From a virus, in the IMG/VR virus record IMGVR_UViG_3300023223_000669, positions 119,101 through 183,100 of that record: a DNA stretch of 64,000 nt, one strand, 5' to 3'. Below, piece after piece: positions 10,042 through 20,615 of the stretch (the first letter of the stretch is position 1; each line of letters begins with the position of its first letter). The position numbers and the translations under genes were made by a program. The notes below the pieces were generated by a model, which worked only from the letters and a program-made list of their open reading frames with translations, was not told where the DNA came from and did not search any database.

Positions 10042-11192
10042 TGAGTAAGATCAAAGTAGTACATCACACTAAATATCTTGGCTATAGTGGTACGGATCGA
10101 ACAGCACAGTTATTTTGTAAGTACCTTGCTAAATCAGATCGTTTTGAGCCATTCATTGTGTATAGAAATCTACCGGATGCCTATCCACGACTTGAGATTG
10201 TGCAGGAATGGATTGGTGCTGATCATGTGATCCCATATGAATGGGAACCCGGAGAACAAGGCAAGAAAGCTCCATACGTACCTGAGCGATGTGATTTACA
10301 GCAAGTACTAGCGGACATCAATCCTGATATTGTACACCTACATCGTACAGGGTACGCTGAGCATCCTGGCTTCCGTTATATGGCTCCGTATGCCAAGTGG
10401 GTGGAAACTAATATCTTTGGCGAAGCTGATTTCACGCCCGAAAGCCAGATTGATATGCATATCTACATTTCGGATTATATTAGAGCAAGAGCTATGGGCA
10501 ACGGTAGTCCGGATGGTCCCGTGCTTTACAACCCTATTGACCAGCCCGTTCGTGATGTTACCCCTGGACTCAAGCTATTGTGTCGCGAAGAACTATTGGA
10601 CAAGTTCAAGATTCCTCGTGATGCTCTGCTGCTTGGACGCGTCGGACGAGCAGACAACTTTGACGCCATCTCTCTAAAAGCGTTTGCAGAGATTGAGCAG
10701 ATGCACCCGGAGGCGTTCTATATCGTTGTCAATCCCTGCCCTCGCTGGAAAGACGTAGCTGAGGAGTTAGGCATTCAGAACATCAGATTTAGTGAACCTA
10801 TCATTGACGACTATGATCTATCGAATTTCTATCATGGGCTGGATATTTATGCTCATGCTCGACATGACGGCGAATGCTGTCCCTGCAACATTCAGGAAGC
10901 GATGATGCACCGACTGCCCGTTGTTTCTCATGAGTCTGCTATCTACAATGGGCAGTCAGAGATTGTTGGTAACGCGGGATTCGTGGTGCCGCTTGGTGAT
11001 TACGTTGCGTATCGTGACGTATTGCATGAGTTGATTGTTAATCCAGAAATGGCCTCTGAGGATGAATCATGTTTGATTCGCCTCAGAGAGCACTTTGGCC
11101 TTGAAGCTCGTCGTCGTGCCATGCGATACTTCGAATCGGAGTGCATGACTAGTCAACTTGCACAGTTGTATGATTGGGTGTTAGCGAAATGA
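10041..11192 (+). CDS. GT4-family glycosyltransferase (paralog of 8558..9661)
   Basis: LGYSGTDR; DIYAHARHDGECCPCNIQEAMMHRLPVV. Confidence 0.85.
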   Translation: MSKIKVVHHTKYLGYSGTDRTAQLFCKYLAKSDRFEPFIVYRNLPDAYPRLEIVQEWIGADHVIPYEWEPGEQGKKAPYVPERCDLQQVLADINPDIVHLHRTGYAEHPGFRYMAPYAKWVETNIFGEADFTPESQIDMHIYISDYIRARAMGNGSPDGPVLYNPIDQPVRDVTPGLKLLCREELLDKFKIPRDALLLGRVGRADNFDAISLKAFAEIEQMHPEAFYIVVNPCPRWKDVAEELGIQNIRFSEPIIDDYDLSNFYHGLDIYAHARHDGECCPCNIQEAMMHRLPVVSHESAIYNGQSEIVGNAGFVVPLGDYVAYRDVLHELIVNPEMASEDESCLIRLREHFGLEARRRAMRYFESECMTSQLAQLYDWVLAK

Positions 11193-11383
11193 CTATTGAG
11201 CTAGCAAAAGCCGTTTTAGAGTGGTGGGAAGACCAACCGCAAGAGCCAAAGCCTCGTTTTGTGCAACTAGCTGAGAATGAAGCCGAAAGAGTTCTCGATG
11301 AAGACGGTAAGTGTAAACGTTGTGGCGGCTGGGGTGCTCCTACTGGATGTCGCACTTGTGGCACAACTTGTATGGGTGGTTAA
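11189..11383 (+). CDS. Small Cys-rich hypothetical protein
   Basis: CKRC/CRTC pairs; coupled to previous stop. Confidence 0.5.
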   Translation: MTIELAKAVLEWWEDQPQEPKPRFVQLAENEAERVLDEDGKCKRCGGWGAPTGCRTCGTTCMGG

Positions 11384-11386
11384 TTC

Positions 11387-12115
11387 ATGACAAAAATCAT
11401 ATCTTTTTCTTTATGGGGAAACGAGCCCAAGTATTGTATTGGAGCTATCCGTAACGCGGAGCTTGCAGAGGAAATCTATCCTGGATGGGAAGTACACATA
11501 CAAATGGATTATCAAGTACCCATGTATGTCTGGCGAGCACTTGGAGAGATGGGCGACCACGTTCATGCTATTCGTCGTTTAGATCCAGAAACCCATGGTA
11601 TGGCCAAGGGCGACTGGCGTGGCATGTTTTGGCGTTTTGAGTATGCGTGTTGTCAGGGCTTGGACAATGAAGTGGAAGCATTCATTTCACGCGACTGCGA
11701 CAGCAGACTATTTCGCCGCGAAGCGGCAGCGGTTGAAGAGTGGCTAGAGAGTGGTAAAGGATTTCATATCATGAGGGATCATCCTTGGCATGGTTCACAA
11801 ATGTTGGGCGGTATGTGGGGTTGTCGCAATTATGCTCTACCTGAGTTTCTAGACCTCATGTATAATACGGATGGTACTAACAATCTACTCGGCCATCACG
11901 ATAATCGTTGGCAATGTGATCAAGACTTTCTGAACACCATGATTTATCCTCGTATCGTAAACGACGCGATGATTCATGCAAGCTTTTTGAAGATGGAACC
12001 ACACGCAAAAGACTTTCCTGTGCCCCGGCGGGGCACAGAATTTGTTGGACAGATTTTTGATGAGAACGACGCAGTTATACCTGAACACGTAGCCGCATTG
12101 GCACAAGCACTATGA
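11387..12115 (+). CDS. Putative GT-A glycosyltransferase-like protein of a virus-associated family
   Basis: IISFSLWG..KY..GA; MFWRF; SRDCDSR; IMRDHPWH...LGGMWG. Confidence 0.55.
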   Translation: MTKIISFSLWGNEPKYCIGAIRNAELAEEIYPGWEVHIQMDYQVPMYVWRALGEMGDHVHAIRRLDPETHGMAKGDWRGMFWRFEYACCQGLDNEVEAFISRDCDSRLFRREAAAVEEWLESGKGFHIMRDHPWHGSQMLGGMWGCRNYALPEFLDLMYNTDGTNNLLGHHDNRWQCDQDFLNTMIYPRIVNDAMIHASFLKMEPHAKDFPVPRRGTEFVGQIFDENDAVIPEHVAALAQAL

Positions 12116-12468
12116 AAACCTTAGATTTTGATGAAATCAAACAAGATGTCGTAAATTTCTTACTTGAAACATGTCTTGATACTCATGTAACAGGATGTGT
12201 GTTTGAAAATCGAGTCGTATTTAATGTCTATGTTAGAAATTCAACGCTCGATATAGACGAGGGTCGTCTGCAAGCAATCTTAGCAAAGTATAATTTGGTG
12301 GGAGATGATGACTTAGTACATACATTTCCAGTGAGTCCAGGAGGATTTTACAATCAGTATTTTAATATTGGTTGTACGGCTCAAGAGGCCATACGTGTAT
12401 CCATGACTTTAGATCCTAATTATCAAAAACCAAACGAAGATCCTATTGCTGTTGTACGTCCATTATGA
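12112..12468 (+). CDS. Hypothetical protein
   Basis: Coupled ORF (ATGA overlaps). Confidence 0.55.
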   Translation: MKTLDFDEIKQDVVNFLLETCLDTHVTGCVFENRVVFNVYVRNSTLDIDEGRLQAILAKYNLVGDDDLVHTFPVSPGGFYNQYFNIGCTAQEAIRVSMTLDPNYQKPNEDPIAVVRPL

Positions 12469-13547
12469 AAGCTCTAACGTTTGATGATATCTCTCTTGTC
12501 CCGCGATACAACAACATTGCTTCGCGGAACGACGTAGACACCAACGTACAGTTTGGGGGTCTCAAATTGAAAATTCCTGTGTTTTCAGCCAATATGGAGA
12601 CTGTAACTGGTGCTACAATGGCTGATAAAATGTCACAACTTGGTGGCCTTGGGTTTCTTCATAGATTTTGTTCTATTGAAGATAATGTTTCTATGTACCT
12701 TGATGCTACGCCCGGTAAAGGAATATCAAAACGAGACCACCTAGTACAAGGCACTGAAGCTGTAGTGTCACTCGGTATCAATGAGGGACTTGAGCGTTTC
12801 CATGCTCACTATGAGGTAGGTGCTCGCTACTTCTGTGTTGATATTGCACATGGTCACAGTCAGTTGGTTGGACGTATTATTCAACAGATCAAAGAATTCA
12901 GCGATGACACGTTTGTCATCGCTGGGAACGTCTGTCACGCTGCCGGGGCTGAATACCTTGCAGACAAGGGTGCTGATGCGGTAAAAGTTGGTGTCGGCCC
13001 CGGAAGCGTATGCACCACACGCATCAAAACCGGTTTCGGTGTGCCACAGTTTTCGGCAATCAAAGCTTGTCGAAGAATCAATGTCTTTGTCATTGCTGAT
13101 GGTGGTATACGGCATCCGGGGGATGCCGTAAAAGCATTTGTGGCGGGTGCAGATGCCATCATGTTAGGCGGCATGCTTGCCGGGTGCGACGAAACCCCTG
13201 GTGAAATTCAGCATGAAACTATTACGCTTGGTGGTACTTACCATGATCATAAGTTCAATGTCAAAAACTCGGGATACAAAGTATTCCGAGGCATGGCTTC
13301 CAAGGAAGCTCAGGATGATTTCATGGGCAAAATGAGCGGCTGGAAAACGTCCGAAGGCGTAGAGATTAAGATTGAGGCTAAAGGGCCTGTTGTGAACGTA
13401 GTGAACGATCTCATGGGCGGTATTCGTAGTGGTATGACTTATGTTGGAGCCAATAGACTGAAGGAACTACGAGAGCGAGCAGACTGGGTAGAAGTTACTG
13501 CTGCTGGCCGAACAGAAGGTAGCCCGCATGGCGAAGGGAGACTATGA
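12465..13547 (+). CDS. guaB: IMP dehydrogenase / GMP reductase family (no CBS domains)
   Basis: LTFDDISLVP, ANMETVT, DIAHGHS, KVGVGPGSVCTTR, IADGGI, FRGMAS. Confidence 0.9.
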   Translation: MKALTFDDISLVPRYNNIASRNDVDTNVQFGGLKLKIPVFSANMETVTGATMADKMSQLGGLGFLHRFCSIEDNVSMYLDATPGKGISKRDHLVQGTEAVVSLGINEGLERFHAHYEVGARYFCVDIAHGHSQLVGRIIQQIKEFSDDTFVIAGNVCHAAGAEYLADKGADAVKVGVGPGSVCTTRIKTGFGVPQFSAIKACRRINVFVIADGGIRHPGDAVKAFVAGADAIMLGGMLAGCDETPGEIQHETITLGGTYHDHKFNVKNSGYKVFRGMASKEAQDDFMGKMSGWKTSEGVEIKIEAKGPVVNVVNDLMGGIRSGMTYVGANRLKELRERADWVEVTAAGRTEGSPHGEGRL

Positions 13548-13975
13548 ATCAAATTCACAAACTACCGCAACGTATAATAGACAAGATTTCTATTAATGGC
13601 AAGACCGATTGTTGGGAGTGGATCGCGTGCATTGATCGTGGTGGATATGCCAGAATCCAATATCAAGGTAAATTTGCTTCTGCTCATAGAATTGTTTATC
13701 AGTTACTTTGTGGCGAAATTCATAATGAGACATTAGATCATTTATGTCGCGTGCGTCATTGTGTAAATCCAGATCATCTAGAAGCTGTTTCGAATAAGAA
13801 AAATTGTTTGAGAGGAAATGGTCCTACGGCTAAAAACGCTCGTAAAACTCATTGTAAACGCGGACATCCATTATCAGGTAGTAATTTAGCGTTATGGAAA
13901 TCTGGTGGTCGTAGATGTAAAACATGCATGAATGATCGCAAACAAGCGAGAAGGAGAGCGGGATGCGGATATTAG
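13544..13975 (+). CDS. HNH homing endonuclease
   Basis: CWEW..GY..AHR..LDHLCRVRHCVNPDHLE; KTHCKRGH tail. Confidence 0.9.
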   Translation: MNQIHKLPQRIIDKISINGKTDCWEWIACIDRGGYARIQYQGKFASAHRIVYQLLCGEIHNETLDHLCRVRHCVNPDHLEAVSNKKNCLRGNGPTAKNARKTHCKRGHPLSGSNLALWKSGGRRCKTCMNDRKQARRRAGCGY

Positions 13976-14874
13976 TATCGTACCGCGGCATTCCGCAAAG
14001 TCCAGGCTGGAGTACAGGAGACATGGTTGTCAAGGCATTTCGTGCCCTAGGTCATAAAGTTTTTCCGTATGCTAAGTACTACCAAGAGAATCGTTGGGTA
14101 GACGAACGTCCGCCATTAGATAGATACGATTGGGATTTGATTTTAGTTCTTGAATGCAACGACGGCGAGCCTCAGTATCCAGAGTTGCGTATCACGCGAG
14201 CACGAAAGAAGGCGTGTTGGCTCTTTGATACGAGCTATCACGAAGATCGTTACACGTTGTTTGCCAAGTATTTTGGTTTCGATTACCATTTTCTAGCCAA
14301 CCCACTGACGGTCCAAGAATACAAAGTATGGGAGTTTTCTAATGTCCATTACCTACCTTATGCATGCGACCGTGACCTACATGGACGTTCGTTGGAGCGT
14401 CCCAAGACGCGTGACGTGGTGCTTGTTGGCTCTATCCGGGATGATAGGCTTAAGCTTGCTCGCGAACTTAGTATTTTGGGGGTAGACCTTGAATTGATCG
14501 GGGATGTATTCCGAGAAGACTACATTGACGCCCTGGCGTCCGCCAAGATTGTCGTCAACCAAAACCCTATGGAGGGTCGTGGGCTTTTGAACATGCGTTT
14601 TTGGGAAGCACAGGCTGCGGGAGCATATGTACTTACCGAACGAGAAGATTTGTCTCTCAACGCGGAATTCATCACGCCCTGTATCGCAGGATCATACAAG
14701 GGTCCGCGGGATTTAGCCTCTCAGTGTAATAGTCTATTGTGCGAGCAGGATCTTAATCAAATTATGACTAATGCCCTGATACATAGTTCACAAAAGTATG
14801 CTTTCGAGCACCACACCTATCAGAATCGTTGTGAGACTATTCTTGATACGATATTTCCCCATGAAAGAAACTGA
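13963..14874 (+). CDS. Glycosyltransferase (CgeB/GT1_2-like)
   Basis: YLPYACD; ASAKIVVNQ; NMRFWEAQAAG. Confidence 0.75.
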   Translation: MRILVSYRGIPQSPGWSTGDMVVKAFRALGHKVFPYAKYYQENRWVDERPPLDRYDWDLILVLECNDGEPQYPELRITRARKKACWLFDTSYHEDRYTLFAKYFGFDYHFLANPLTVQEYKVWEFSNVHYLPYACDRDLHGRSLERPKTRDVVLVGSIRDDRLKLARELSILGVDLELIGDVFREDYIDALASAKIVVNQNPMEGRGLLNMRFWEAQAAGAYVLTEREDLSLNAEFITPCIAGSYKGPRDLASQCNSLLCEQDLNQIMTNALIHSSQKYAFEHHTYQNRCETILDTIFPHERN

Positions 14875-15523
14875 TACTATCAGTGTACTGATCTGTGTTC
14901 ACAGTCAGGACCAAGAACACGACGCCCTCCTACAGCGGGCACTCGAATCCTTAGTGCGGCAGACGTACGAGGATTTTCAAACGGTTGTCGTGTTAGATGA
15001 GTGCTGGGAGAGCACTCTCAGCATCGTGGAAAGCTATGGTGAAGTACTAGATATTCGTTTTTTCAAGCGTCCCCAGAAACAAGGTTTGGCTGCGGCGAAG
15101 AACTTTGGCTTATCGAAGTGTGAAGGCGATTGGGTTGCCTACCTTGATGCCGATGATAGATATATGGATTGTAAGCTTGATGTCCAGCGTAAATGGATGT
15201 TAGAACATCCAGTTGATTTTTGTGGTACACATTCTTGGGATATTCTTGATGGTTATATGGTGCCTAATTGTTTTGGTGTTACGGCATACGTGACACATAA
15301 TGAGATCATAGAAGCATTACCGGAAGAAAATGTCATGTGTCACGGCAGTATGATGATCAGAAAGATCGCTATTGATAGTCTTCATGGTTACCAAACTGAT
15401 AAGGTTTATCTTGGCCGAGAAGATTGGGAGTTATGGGTGAGAGCCGTTCAGGCTGGTTTCCGTTTTGGCCAAGTGCCGGAACGCCTCTATGTATATTCTT
15501 TAGGAACTTCTGTACCTCGGTAA
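14861..15523 (+). CDS. GT2-family glycosyltransferase
   Basis: ISVLICV; GLAAAKNFGL; AYLDADD; EDWELW. Confidence 0.88.
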   Translation: MKETDTISVLICVHSQDQEHDALLQRALESLVRQTYEDFQTVVVLDECWESTLSIVESYGEVLDIRFFKRPQKQGLAAAKNFGLSKCEGDWVAYLDADDRYMDCKLDVQRKWMLEHPVDFCGTHSWDILDGYMVPNCFGVTAYVTHNEIIEALPEENVMCHGSMMIRKIAIDSLHGYQTDKVYLGREDWELWVRAVQAGFRFGQVPERLYVYSLGTSVPR

Positions 15524-15527
15524 TGCT

Positions 15528-15959
15528 ATGCGACTTGTTGATGTATATTACGATCGATTTTTAACGAAGTATTCAATTGATTCTACGACTGAATGTTGGA
15601 TTTGGGATGGTTGTAGGGACCAAGATGGATATGGTCAGTTTCATTATCAGAAGACGGTACGAGCACATAGGTTCATCTATGAATATATCTATGGTCCTAT
15701 TCCCGATGGTATGACAGTACATCATAATTGTGGTATTAGAGAGTGTGTGAATCCAGACCATTTAGAGCTTCTGTCTTGTAGAGATAATGTTTTACAAAAT
15801 GGGGGTCCTACTGCTATCAATGCCGCCAAAACACACTGTAAGCGTGGCCATAGTTTTGACGAACCCAATACTTATGTAGATAAGTATGGTCATAGAACCT
15901 GTCGTGCATGTCGTAAGCTTCGTAAACAAAAAAGTCAGGCTAGGTATCAACAGTCATGA
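15528..15959 (+). CDS. HNH homing endonuclease
   Basis: CWIW..DGYG..RAHR..HHNC..CVNPDHLE; KTHCKRGH. Confidence 0.9.
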   Translation: MRLVDVYYDRFLTKYSIDSTTECWIWDGCRDQDGYGQFHYQKTVRAHRFIYEYIYGPIPDGMTVHHNCGIRECVNPDHLELLSCRDNVLQNGGPTAINAAKTHCKRGHSFDEPNTYVDKYGHRTCRACRKLRKQKSQARYQQS

Positions 15960-16930
15960 AAATTCTATATATAGGCTTGCTTTACAACTATGGCAAGAAA
16001 GCAGAAGGGTTTTCTTACGAACACTTTAACCTAGAAGCTGGTTTCAAGGACTGTGCTGACCGTGGCATGTTTCAAGTAGATAGTCTCTACCCCGATGAAT
16101 GTAGCAATATTCATAGTGCTGCGTTGGAACTAGTCATTGATGGTGGATATGATGCTATTTTCCATGTTGCTTTCAATGAGCATTTGGATTTCCCGGAGTC
16201 AGCAGCAAAGCTGGCCATCAAGAAAGAGATCCCCGTGATTCAATGGGACTGTGATTCGTCTTGGCGGTTTGGTCATTGGATTCAGCCACGCAAAGATCGT
16301 GTCAGTCACTTCGTTACGACACATTCGCGTACAGTAGAGTGGTATGAGCGTTTTGGCATGAAAATCATCAAGTCTCAATGGGGAGGTTCTCCGTACTACC
16401 ACCCAAAGGGTGGTGATATTCAGTATGACGTGACGTTTGTTGGTCAGAAACATGGTCGTATGCCTGATGGTCGTTTTCTACGCTCTGAGATCGTAGACTC
16501 TATTCTGGCATCAGATATTCAAATTGATCTCTTTGGTAATTATTGGGAAGGATATGAGAATTGGCATGGTTATCTCACCAGCTTCCATGATATGATCGAT
16601 GTTTTTGATACAAGCAAGATTTGTCTCAATCTGTCGAATCCGTGGCACCATGGTACTATGCCTCAAATCAAGGGTAGACACTTCGAGATCCCGCAGACCG
16701 GCAGATTGCAGGTTTGTACCCCGGCGGACGACTTGGAGTCTTATTTTGAAGATGGCAAAGAGATTGTTATTGCCAAGACGCCCGCCGAGTTGATTGAGAA
16801 GCTACAGTATTACTTGGATAACGAAGAAGAACGCGAGACTATCGCCAAAGCTGGCCGTGATCGCATGCTTGCGGACCATCAGTGGTATCACCGCTTCGAG
16901 CGTATTTTCAAAGAGGTTGGTATCCTATGA
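15956..16930 (+). CDS. Glycosyltransferase (CgeB/GT1_2-like)
   Basis: DVTFVGQ; SKICLN; IKGRHFEIP; AGRDRMLADHQWYHR. Confidence 0.8.
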   Translation: MKILYIGLLYNYGKKAEGFSYEHFNLEAGFKDCADRGMFQVDSLYPDECSNIHSAALELVIDGGYDAIFHVAFNEHLDFPESAAKLAIKKEIPVIQWDCDSSWRFGHWIQPRKDRVSHFVTTHSRTVEWYERFGMKIIKSQWGGSPYYHPKGGDIQYDVTFVGQKHGRMPDGRFLRSEIVDSILASDIQIDLFGNYWEGYENWHGYLTSFHDMIDVFDTSKICLNLSNPWHHGTMPQIKGRHFEIPQTGRLQVCTPADDLESYFEDGKEIVIAKTPAELIEKLQYYLDNEEERETIAKAGRDRMLADHQWYHRFERIFKEVGIL

Positions 16931-17577
16931 CTCAAGGCTATAACAAATTCAAAGATTCGCCTGACAATCATGACTTCATGACCAGCGATCATATCGCTGG
17001 GTTTCTGCGTAATCACAGGACTGGACTTGATAATCGAGGCCGTCATACTCTTGCTAGGCTTGTTGCATCATATGATGACCCTAAAGTCTTAGATGTTGCT
17101 TGTGGTACATGTGTGAATTGGGAAGTTTTCAAGACGGCTGGTGTTACATGTCGGTATGTAGGCTTGGATCGTACGGAAGGAATGTTGCGTGAGGCTGATA
17201 AACGTTACGGCGGCGAGATCAGTTTACATCATGGTTATGTACAAGAAACATATTTGCCTGATGATTTCGCTGACATAGTGATCATGCGACATATCCTTGA
17301 GCATCTTCAAGAGGGCTACGAAGATGCTATCCGCGAGGGACTTCGGGTTGCCTCTAAGGAACTCGTAGTGGTGTTTTTCCTGGAACCTTCTAGTGCGGCC
17401 GAGGATGATATCAGTGAATCTGAACCTGATGAGAATGGCTGCACGTACTTCTGGAACATTTATAGCTGGGACAAATTTACAGAGTTTGTTGTTGGCCTTG
17501 GCGTGCAGATGAAAGTAGGGCATGTGGCTACTCCTGGAGCGGCCCATGCGGATACTATTGTACGATTGATCAAATGA
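16927..17577 (+). CDS. Class I SAM-dependent methyltransferase
   Basis: KVLDVACGT motif I, YVGLD, DIVIMRHILEHL. Confidence 0.85.
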   Translation: MTQGYNKFKDSPDNHDFMTSDHIAGFLRNHRTGLDNRGRHTLARLVASYDDPKVLDVACGTCVNWEVFKTAGVTCRYVGLDRTEGMLREADKRYGGEISLHHGYVQETYLPDDFADIVIMRHILEHLQEGYEDAIREGLRVASKELVVVFFLEPSSAAEDDISESEPDENGCTYFWNIYSWDKFTEFVVGLGVQMKVGHVATPGAAHADTIVRLIK

Positions 17578-18392
17578 TTCCCGATATCACATACTTCATT
17601 CTCGACTACAATCCCCGCTGTCAAGAGCAGGCAACTACATATCTTGATTTATGTATGCGGTCATTGTACTCGAACCGCAATTCAAGCCTGACGAGCGAAG
17701 TCTATGTGATCGATCAGGGCAATATTTATATAGACTACAAGAATGAATTAGCTAATAAGTGTTCTGATTACTGTTTTAATTTTATCAGCCTGGATGAAAA
17801 CAAAGGCATTTCGGGTGGCATCAATCTTGCTGCCCGTCTGAGCCGCAGTCCATATCTATGTCTAGTGACCTCGGACACAATATTCACTCCTGCCCTTGAT
17901 ACGGTTCTTTTAGGAGAATTGGAAGCCCACCAAGATATCTACCAGATCACTCCTGCTGTGGATAAAGGCGATGTACCGTATCAAGTGCAGGGGTATACGA
18001 ATGATACTGACCCTATCCGTTGTATCTCTCAGGAGCTTACGATTCAATGCTGGAAACGTGAAGTGTTTAGCATGATAGGCTATTGGGATGAGCGATGGCT
18101 CGCTTGCTATGAATCGCTTGACTATCCTTTGCGTCTGTTTTTAAGAGGCCAGATGTCGGCTGCTATCACACACAAGATCGCATGCCACCACGAACACAAT
18201 ACCACGCTTCACAATGGTTCTTTGGCGGACGCCTACGGTGGTGAGTTCGAGCATGCCCCTTTGCGGCGTATGTGGGATGAGAAGTGGCCCAATCTTGATT
18301 GGGATATGATGTATGATTTGAACCAATACACAGAGAGGGTTCGTCAAAATCTTGTCTTGAAATACCTACGTAACATTAGTTTGTATTATTAA
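17574..18392 (+). CDS. GT2-family glycosyltransferase
   Basis: VYVIDQG; GISGGIN; IGYWDE..YESLDY. Confidence 0.75.
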   Translation: MIPDITYFILDYNPRCQEQATTYLDLCMRSLYSNRNSSLTSEVYVIDQGNIYIDYKNELANKCSDYCFNFISLDENKGISGGINLAARLSRSPYLCLVTSDTIFTPALDTVLLGELEAHQDIYQITPAVDKGDVPYQVQGYTNDTDPIRCISQELTIQCWKREVFSMIGYWDERWLACYESLDYPLRLFLRGQMSAAITHKIACHHEHNTTLHNGSLADAYGGEFEHAPLRRMWDEKWPNLDWDMMYDLNQYTERVRQNLVLKYLRNISLYY

Positions 18393-18397
18393 TTGCC

Positions 18398-19006
18398 ATG
18401 CTAACGATGACTGAAATTTTTGATAGCGAGGGCGGCGACAAAGGATCTTTCTTTTGTCATGTTGGCACAACCGAGAACCTTGCACATGGGTATACTGCCG
18501 TGTATGAGAAGTACATGGAGTCATGCCGCAATGAGCCAATCAAGATGCTAGAAATTGGCATCTGCTCTCCGTTTTATCCAGGTGCTTCTCTTCGGTCTTG
18601 GTATCGGTACCTGGAACAAGCAGAGATTTTTGGCATTGACATCGTTGAGTGCTCTCGATTTGAAAACGACCGGGTGCAAACCTTTGTAGTCGATCAAACC
18701 TCTAAAATTCAATTGCAGACGTTTGCGGCTGACATGCCGTCATTTCGCTTTATCATTGATGATGGCTGTCATGACCATAGGGCCATTTTGATTTCTCTTG
18801 GTGCCTTGTTTCCCAAGCTTGAGAGTGGTGGCGTGTACTTTCTTGAAGACCTACACGTTGTAGATCGTACTGAGCTTCTTGGGCTGAAAGACCGTATGCT
18901 AGTGACATCACATATCACACGAGAAGAATGTGAGTACATCAACGAGAACATAGCAGACGTAATGTTTACTGACGACAACAAGATGTGCGTCATCACAAAG
19001 AAGTAA
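18398..19006 (+). CDS. SAM-dependent (sugar O-)methyltransferase
   Basis: HGY..VYE; MLEIGI; FGIDI; FIIDDGCH; GGVYFLED. Confidence 0.8.
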   Translation: MLTMTEIFDSEGGDKGSFFCHVGTTENLAHGYTAVYEKYMESCRNEPIKMLEIGICSPFYPGASLRSWYRYLEQAEIFGIDIVECSRFENDRVQTFVVDQTSKIQLQTFAADMPSFRFIIDDGCHDHRAILISLGALFPKLESGGVYFLEDLHVVDRTELLGLKDRMLVTSHITREECEYINENIADVMFTDDNKMCVITKK

Positions 19007-19020
19007 TGAGGAGTTTGAAT

Positions 19021-19842
19021 ATGTCTAATAAAGTATGTTTCATCATAGCCCACAAGTATTTCAGAGGGTACGAGTCGTATCTCAGCTACTACATTGACAA
19101 CATTCAAAGGCTCTACCCAGAGGCATTGACCATTGTAGTTGACAACAACTCACAGTTTACAGAGGACACCTTTGGTCCCCTGAGGGAGTATGACAACGTG
19201 ATTCTATTAGAGAATGACATTGAATGCAAGTTTGAGCTTGGTGCTTATCAAGTTGGCATGAGATATCTTATCGACAATGATCTACTCGGTGAGTTTAGCT
19301 ATTGCATCTGTACCCAAGACAACTTTGTTCTTAAGAACAAGTATGACTTCAATGTCTTAGTAGAAGAAGGCACCTATGCATTACCTATCAATTCGATGTA
19401 TGCAGATGGAGCACGTCAGGACGTTTGTGATCATGTTCTGAACATATTGGGCATGAATGATAATTGGGACAAGATTAACTTTTGTTGGTGTAGTAGTTTT
19501 GTTGTTGCTACTCATAAGGTAGAACAATTGTACGGCTGGCTCAGCCAAATTGTTCAGGCTACTAGGACCGACAGTGAAGGTGCAGAAAGATATCTAGCTA
19601 GACTTTTGTGGGAACTCAACGAAAGACGAGACTGTGGCGATATCGACGGTACTGCTGCCGACCTACACATTAGGCATTATGACACATGGCAGGTAGATAT
19701 TCGCGGCGATGCCACGTCTTATTTCGTGAAGAAGGTTCAGCAGAAAACCGAGCATACTGTAGATAAAGATACTCCTCAGATTGTAGTGCCTCCTCAAGTT
19801 ATGGTTCGTACGCCCCCTATCATTAAACGAGAAAGTAAATGA
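19021..19842 (+). CDS. Putative GT-A glycosyltransferase-like protein
   Basis: IVVDNNS; FELGAY; CTQD; context in glycan cluster. Confidence 0.55.
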   Translation: MSNKVCFIIAHKYFRGYESYLSYYIDNIQRLYPEALTIVVDNNSQFTEDTFGPLREYDNVILLENDIECKFELGAYQVGMRYLIDNDLLGEFSYCICTQDNFVLKNKYDFNVLVEEGTYALPINSMYADGARQDVCDHVLNILGMNDNWDKINFCWCSSFVVATHKVEQLYGWLSQIVQATRTDSEGAERYLARLLWELNERRDCGDIDGTAADLHIRHYDTWQVDIRGDATSYFVKKVQQKTEHTVDKDTPQIVVPPQVMVRTPPIIKRESK

Positions 19843-20615
19843 CACGTTTTGCGGTTTGCGGGGATTCTGGAGCTGGAAAGACAACGATGGCGACGACTTT
19901 GGCTCGTCATTTGTCGGGTGTAGTGATTTTAGAATGCGACAGATATCATCGATGGGAACGCAATGACCCCCATTGGAAATACTATACTCATTTGAATCCA
20001 GGAGCTATTGAACTTGGTCTCATGAATAGAGACGTACAAACGTTGGAAGAACATAAGAGTATCTTTCGGAGAGGTTACGATCACGCGACAGGTAGATTTA
20101 CACCAGACCAAGAGATCAAGCCCGCAGACAATATCATTGCCTGCGGATTGCATACATTCATATGTCCAGAAGGATTGTATGATGTTAGTATTTTCATGGA
20201 TCCAGATCCCGTGCTGAAAACCCAATGGAAGATTTCCAGAGATATTGGCAAGAGAGGCTACACCCTTCAAGAAGTAAAGAAGCAAATTGCAAAGCGACAA
20301 AAAGACTATGTGTCGTTCTTGCAACCCCTTATGTTGCGTGCAGATGTCATTGTGAATTTTTGTACCGAAACTGGTATCTACACTGATTCGATTAAAGGGA
20401 TTGGAAGGTTTCTGAGGGTCTTCATTAGGGAGACCTATCAAACAAGCGACATACTGAGTAAATTTGACGAACTGGACCTTGATTATAGCTTCTCAGAAGC
20501 AAGTGATCGACCGGAGTTTTGGCAAATAGATATCAAGCAGATCAGTAGTGGTTACTATTATGATTACGTTGTACTATGCGTACTAGACATTGCGAGACAA
20601 AATGAAGCATCCTGA
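19839..20615 (+). CDS. Phosphoribulokinase/uridine kinase family P-loop kinase
   Basis: GDSGAGKTT Walker A; ECDRYHRWER; YDHATGRF. Confidence 0.85.
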   Translation: MTRFAVCGDSGAGKTTMATTLARHLSGVVILECDRYHRWERNDPHWKYYTHLNPGAIELGLMNRDVQTLEEHKSIFRRGYDHATGRFTPDQEIKPADNIIACGLHTFICPEGLYDVSIFMDPDPVLKTQWKISRDIGKRGYTLQEVKKQIAKRQKDYVSFLQPLMLRADVIVNFCTETGIYTDSIKGIGRFLRVFIRETYQTSDILSKFDELDLDYSFSEASDRPEFWQIDIKQISSGYYYDYVVLCVLDIARQNEAS

